Assembly (NCBI GenBank): GCA_035285125.1
Contig: JAYKHR010000035.1
Span: forward strand, 1-10,423
Direction: 5' to 3'
Length of the DNA: 10,423 bases
DNA from: Candidatus Sericytochromatia bacterium
GTDB lineage: Bacteria; Cyanobacteriota; Sericytochromatia; S15B-MN24; JAQBPE01
The notes below the pieces were generated by a model. It was not told where the DNA came from. It did no database searches and worked only from the letters and a program-made list of their open reading frames with translations. This document shows, in pieces, positions 6,833 to 10,423 of this stretch. The stretch's first letter is position 1; the number at the start of each line of letters is the position of its first letter. A program made the translations under genes and the position numbers.

Positions 6833-9258
6833 GGGGCGGGTGGCACCAGGCGGCGGATGCGCGAGGAGTCCGTGAGCAGGTAGCTGCCGTCGCCCATCCG
6901 GACCAGGCCCCAGACGGCCGTGAAGGTGGCGGCGTCATACGGGCCGTCGTCGCCACCTTGCTGGATCCCCTGCCCGGCGATGGTCCGCACGCTCCGATCC
7001 GTGGCGATCGCCCGGATGTCCACATGCGTCACGAAGGTGCCCCGCGCCCCGTCCGGAAAGAGCCCGACCGGCCTGAACAGGCCGCAGCTGCCGGCCGGGC
7101 CGTCGAGCCAGCCGCTGGCCTCCGGCACCCCGGGCACCACCGTCTCCACCTGCCCGCCCACGGCGTCGTAGCGACGCACGCGGCCCGCGTTCATCTCCGA
7201 GAGCCAGATCGAGCCGTCCGCTGCCTGGGCCAGGGCCACGGGCTGGCGCAGCCGGGCGCCTGCGGCCGGGCCGTCCGCGTCGCCGGCGGTGCCGTCGCCC
7301 ACGAGGGTGCTCACGGTGAAGGCCGGCGACGCCAGGTCGATGGCGCGCAGCGCGTGGTTCTCGCGGTCGGCGACGTAGAGGCGATCGCCCACCAGCGCGA
7401 GGCCGCAGGGCCCGTTGAACCGCGCCGCCGACCCGTTGCCGTCGAGCCGGCCCGGGTTGGGGGCGCCGGCGAGCGTGTCGATGACCGGGGCCGTGTTGGC
7501 CTCGCGGATGCGCCGGATGCGGTGGCCCTCGAGCTCGGAGACGTACAGGGTGTCGTCCGGGCCCACCGCCAGCCCGAGCGGCGACCGGAAGCGGGCGTCG
7601 GGCCCGGCCCCGTCGGCGTCTCCCGCCGTGCCGTTGCCTGCCAGCGTGGTGAAGCTCCAGCCCCCCACGCCCCGGTCGATCCGGATGACCCGATGGTTGC
7701 CGAGGTCGCACGCAAAGTAGCGCCCCGCCACCTGGCGGGAGGCCACCAGCATGCGCAGGCTCTTGAAGCGGGCGACGGCCCCGCTGCCGTCCGCCATGCC
7801 GGCCGCACCCCCGGCGAGCGTCTCGACGCGCCAGGCCGGGCGGGGCGTCGGGGAGGGCGCCGTCGTCTGCGGCGGCACGCCCCAGCCCACCCGCCGCGGC
7901 TGGTCGGGCGCGTCGACGTAGGCGAGGTCGAAGATGGTCGTGCCGTCCGAGAAGATGCCGAGCGCCACCGTGGCCACCTCGACGTCGCCTGCGCGCAGCG
8001 GGCCGCGGAAGACGTTGTTGGTGCCACGCACCAGCCGCATCACCAGGCCGTCTCCCATGTCGTACGTCCGGATGACGGCGCCGTTCTCCAGCTCGCGCGT
8101 CTTGCGCACGACGAGCGTGCCGCTCGCGTCGCGGACCTCGCTCGTTCCCGCGTAGTACCCCAGCGGGTCGCCGTAGCTGTACCACAGCTTGCCGTTGGCG
8201 TCCCGGGCCACCTTCGCGAGGGTGCCCACCTCGGTGCTGCCCGTCTTGTTGTAGCGGTAGCTGAAGGCACCCGAGGCGGTCGGCAGGTCGAGCTCGAAGC
8301 GCTCGATGTCGAGGTCGACCCCGACCTCGGGCATGCGGATCCGGGTGGGGGTGGGGCCGAAGGTGATGCGCTCGACGAGCCCCGTCTCATCCTCGGCCTG
8401 CCGGCTGCTGCGGTCGAGCCTCAGCGTGCCGTCGGCGGCGAGATCGAGCCGCTCGTGCCGGATCACGGCGACCTTCTGGTTCGAGGCGTGGCGCGACTCC
8501 ACGGTGGCGATTGTCTGGACGCCCGCGCGGCCCTCGGCGTCGACCTCTACCCGGCGATCGTAGTCACCCTGGGTGTCGCCCACCCGCCCGAAGCCCAGCC
8601 GGCTGCCCCCTGCGTCCCAGATGCGGCGCAGCTTGAGCACCTCGTCCGGGCCCGGCGTGGTGCCGATGGTGGGGGCGGCCTGGGCCAGGCGGTAGCCAGC
8701 GGCGTTGTTGCCGAGCAGCCCGCCCGCGCGGTCCGTGATCAGCTGGCCGCCGTTGTTGCCGATCAACGAGGCGGAGTTGTTGGTGATCAGGTTGGCCTGA
8801 CCCTGCTGGAAGCTCAGGCGCGCGATCACCCCGAGGCGCGCCTCCACGAGCTGCTGGAGCCCCGCCCCGAGCGCGGGCAGCGGCGCCGGCGTCGGCGTGG
8901 TGAGCCCCAGGGGGGGCGGGGCCGGCACGCTGGGCGTCGCCGTGGGCGAGGCAGGCACGACCTCCGCGATGGCCGTGGCCGCAGGGGTGGCGACCACGGA
9001 GGTGGCCACGGCCGCCGGGGTGGCGGAGGGTGCCGGGGAGGCCAGCAGCCCGGGCCCGGGTGAGCCGCCCACCAGGTCCCCGGGGATCGCGGGCTCCAGG
9101 GGCGAGGCCACGACGGGCAGCTTCACCACGTCACTCAGCCGCTTGGTGGGGGCCGGCCCTCGGCGGCCGGCCGAGGGTGCGCCGCCGGGCTCCACGGCCG
9201 CGCAGCCGAGGGCGAGCAGCACCGCCAGGCCCGCGCTCAGGCAACGACTCGGCTGCAA
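6829..9258 (-). CDS. Large lipoprotein with Pro/Ala/Thr linker, octapeptide repeats, a central beta-rich domain and a C-terminal NHL-repeat beta-propeller, about 809 aa
   Basis: SD GGAGGT (9268-9263) precedes TTG 9258, giving MQPSRCLSAGLAVLLALG^C. About six NHL repeats from 7833 to the end, such as TLAGNGTAGDADGAGPDARFRSPLGLAVGPDDTLYVSELEGHRIRRI and TLAGAPNPGRLDGNGSAARFNGPCGLALVGDRLYVADRENHALRAI. The start position is less certain than the gene itself. Confidence 0.88.
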   Translation of the reverse strand: MQPSRCLSAGLAVLLALGCAAVEPGGAPSAGRRGPAPTKRLSDVVKLPVVASPLEPAIPGDLVGGSPGPGLLASPAPSATPAAVATSVVATPAATAIAEVVPASPTATPSVPAPPPLGLTTPTPAPLPALGAGLQQLVEARLGVIARLSFQQGQANLITNNSASLIGNNGGQLITDRAGGLLGNNAAGYRLAQAAPTIGTTPGPDEVLKLRRIWDAGGSRLGFGRVGDTQGDYDRRVEVDAEGRAGVQTIATVESRHASNQKVAVIRHERLDLAADGTLRLDRSSRQAEDETGLVERITFGPTPTRIRMPEVGVDLDIERFELDLPTASGAFSYRYNKTGSTEVGTLAKVARDANGKLWYSYGDPLGYYAGTSEVRDASGTLVVRKTRELENGAVIRTYDMGDGLVMRLVRGTNNVFRGPLRAGDVEVATVALGIFSDGTTIFDLAYVDAPDQPRRVGWGVPPQTTAPSPTPRPAWRVETLAGGAAGMADGSGAVARFKSLRMLVASRQVAGRYFACDLGNHRVIRIDRGVGGWSFTTLAGNGTAGDADGAGPDARFRSPLGLAVGPDDTLYVSELEGHRIRRIREANTAPVIDTLAGAPNPGRLDGNGSAARFNGPCGLALVGDRLYVADRENHALRAIDLASPAFTVSTLVGDGTAGDADGPAAGARLRQPVALAQAADGSIWLSEMNAGRVRRYDAVGGQVETVVPGVPEASGWLDGPAGSCGLFRPVGLFPDGARGTFVTHVDIRAIATDRSVRTIAGQGIQQGGDDGPYDAATFTAVWGLVRMGDGSYLLTDSSRIRRLVPPAP
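8695..8790 (-). repeat. Four degenerate 24 bp / 8 aa coding repeats
   Basis: LITNNSAS-LIGNNGGQ-LITDRAGG-LLGNNAAG, followed by Y. Confidence 0.85.
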
Positions 9259-9491
9259 GCCCACCTCCCGCAACGGCCTAGCCTCGCTGGCCTCGCTGCC
9301 GCACCACGCTGCTGGAAACCCAGGGCAGGCGCCCTTCGGCCCCTGCCCAAGGGGCTCATACCACGCACCACGGTTGCCAAACCGCCCCGGGCGACGCCAG
9401 CCTCCGGGATCGCTGCCGGTCAAGGCCACCGGCGTGGCCGGGGGTTAGGCTTGGCGTGCACAGATGAGGCTCCCCCCCCCTTTTCCCCTTG

Positions 9492-9528
9492 AAAAAAGCG
9501 GCCGTCTCACCTGTCGGGAGACGGCCGT
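9492..9528 (-). terminator. Rho-independent terminator of the 9556-10023 gene
   Basis: Perfect 10 bp stem CGGCCGTCTC (9499-9508) / GAGACGGCCG (9518-9527) with a 9 nt loop. A6 at 9492-9497 gives a U-tract on the minus strand. The stem begins about 28 nt after the TAA. Confidence 0.88.
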
Positions 9529-9555
9529 GGCTGCGCTTGGGGACATGCCGACGGG

Positions 9556-10023
9556 TTAGAGGCCTGCGCGCTTCATCCTGTCGTTCAATTCCTTCTTCGC
9601 GCCCGTCTGAATTTCTTCAATTTTCTTCTCCAAACTCTTTGTGTCAAAGAGCCACATCCAGACGAACGCAATTGGATTTTGGGTCGCAGCTGCGGAATTC
9701 TTTTCAAAGCTTGCCACGAGTTCGTCGACAGCCTTCGGGTCTTTCCTGTCGAGAGCGACCAATTTATTGACAAGGTCGCTGACTGCCACGTACTTTTCAT
9801 CATCTTTCAAGGTGACGTTAGTCATCATCTGGGCAAGCCTGACCATTTTGTCGAGGCGCTTTACTTCCTCAATATCCCGAGCATACGTGTCACCACCCAA
9901 GGCCGGCCCGTACATCGCGGGAGGGGGAGGAGGAGGAGCCGGGATGCCAGGGTTCTTCGGAAAGCAGTTTGTCAGGGCTTGTTGGGCCTGGTAGGGATTC
10001 CCGGACTTCGTCTCTTTGATCAT
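9556..10023 (-). CDS. Hypothetical protein, 155 aa, low GC, with a polyproline tract and a helical C-terminal part
   Basis: ATG preceded by a purine-rich SD region (GAGAGAGGAATAGAGAG). The protein is Lys/Glu-rich with natural-looking composition and contains PAPPPPPPA. A terminator follows. Confidence 0.8.
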   Translation of the reverse strand: MIKETKSGNPYQAQQALTNCFPKNPGIPAPPPPPPAMYGPALGGDTYARDIEEVKRLDKMVRLAQMMTNVTLKDDEKYVAVSDLVNKLVALDRKDPKAVDELVASFEKNSAAATQNPIAFVWMWLFDTKSLEKKIEEIQTGAKKELNDRMKRAGL

Positions 10024-10077
10024 CTCTCTATTCCTCTCTCAAACAACCGACCGCGTGGCCGTGTTGAGGGTGTCGTG

Positions 10078-10103
10078 CAGGCAGGTTCCAGGCAGGTTCC
10101 AGG
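10078..10103. repeat. Tandem 11 bp repeat CAGGTTCCAGG, two full copies plus a partial one
   Basis: Exact copies at 10082-10092 and 10093-10103, preceded by CAGG at 10078-10081. Followed by G10 (10105-10114) and a GTTAA direct repeat (10114 and 10125). Confidence 0.8.
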
Positions 10104-10291
10104 TGGGGGGGGGGTTAAGTATGTGTTAACTTTTTCGCTGGCTTCAGAAGTCCTGGCGGTTGGAGGCGCCCGTCTCGCCGCCCTGTCGCCTCCAGTGCTG
10201 GCTGACTCCCTGTGCTGGAGGGCGCTGCCGGGCGGCCAGCCCCTGGCACCATCAGGCCTGAGCTCGGAGAAAGGCCAGGCGGCCGGCGGCC

Positions 10292-10423
10292 TCAAAGCCC
10301 GAGCGGCACGAGCTCCCGCAGGCGGAACCTGGGGGCTTGCCCCGTCCCGGCGTAGGCGAAGCGGACACGCACGTACAGGGCCGCCGCGGGCTGGCGGAAG
10401 AGGTGCTCCCCACCTCCGTGCAG
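10292..10423 (-). CDS. 3' end of a gene entering from the right edge; possible discoidin (F5/8 type C) / galactose-binding-like domain C-terminus
   Basis: Manual translation ...LHGGGEHLFRQPAAALYVRVRFAYAGTGQAPRFRLRELVPLGL* (TGA at 10294-10292) resembles the ARYVR.....LxELxV ending of discoidin-like domains. Only 43 residues are visible. Confidence 0.5.
   Translation of the reverse strand: MHGGGEHLFRQPAAALYVRVRFAYAGTGQAPRFRLRELVPLGL

Noticed and set aside
6832..8790. CRISPR-like or non-coding repeat array
   Set aside because: The repeats here are degenerate protein-coding repeats (NHL and octapeptide). There are no identical repeats with unique spacers.
5433..9063. ORFs 5433-7025, 6568-9063 and 6935-8185
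   Set aside because: They are alternative-frame or antisense shadows of the peptidase and NHL genes, with low-complexity translations.
9259..9429. Extended N-terminus of the NHL lipoprotein from 9429
   Set aside because: It would bury the signal peptide 57 residues inside the protein. The SD and TTG at 9258 fit better.
9472..10114. C9 (9472-9480) and G10 (10105-10114) as terminal inverted repeats of a mobile element around the low-GC gene
   Set aside because: The complementarity does not extend beyond the homopolymers, and there is no target duplication or transposase.
10020..10295. 91 aa minus-strand ORF spanning the region upstream of the low-GC gene
   Set aside because: It runs through a homopolymer and regulatory-looking repeats and its composition is not protein-like. 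The region is more likely intergenic, although its ends abut both neighbouring genes, so it cannot be fully excluded.

Overview
Very GC-rich bacterial DNA (roughly 70-78% by eye). The left half is a minus-strand damage-inducible mutagenesis cassette: lexA (3793-4410), imuA, imuB and the 5' part of dnaE2/imuC (starts at 845, runs off the left edge, and is missing from the supplied ORF track). A type IV pilin/pseudopilin gene on the opposite strand separates imuB from dnaE2. The main observation is a palindrome, (GC)AGAC-N4-GTCT, present in both the lexA promoter and a separate, apparently leaderless dnaE2 promoter. It is a candidate SOS box unlike the ones I know, and this LexA has a non-canonical recognition helix. 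The right half holds a secreted hypothetical protein, a three-gene minus-strand run (NHL-propeller lipoprotein with LIxNNxxx octapeptide repeats, HEXXH zinc peptidase, small beta-barrel-like lipoprotein), a low-GC orphan gene with its own terminator and a repeat/poly-G-rich upstream region, and the 3' end of a probable discoidin-domain gene. All calls were made by eye without database searches.
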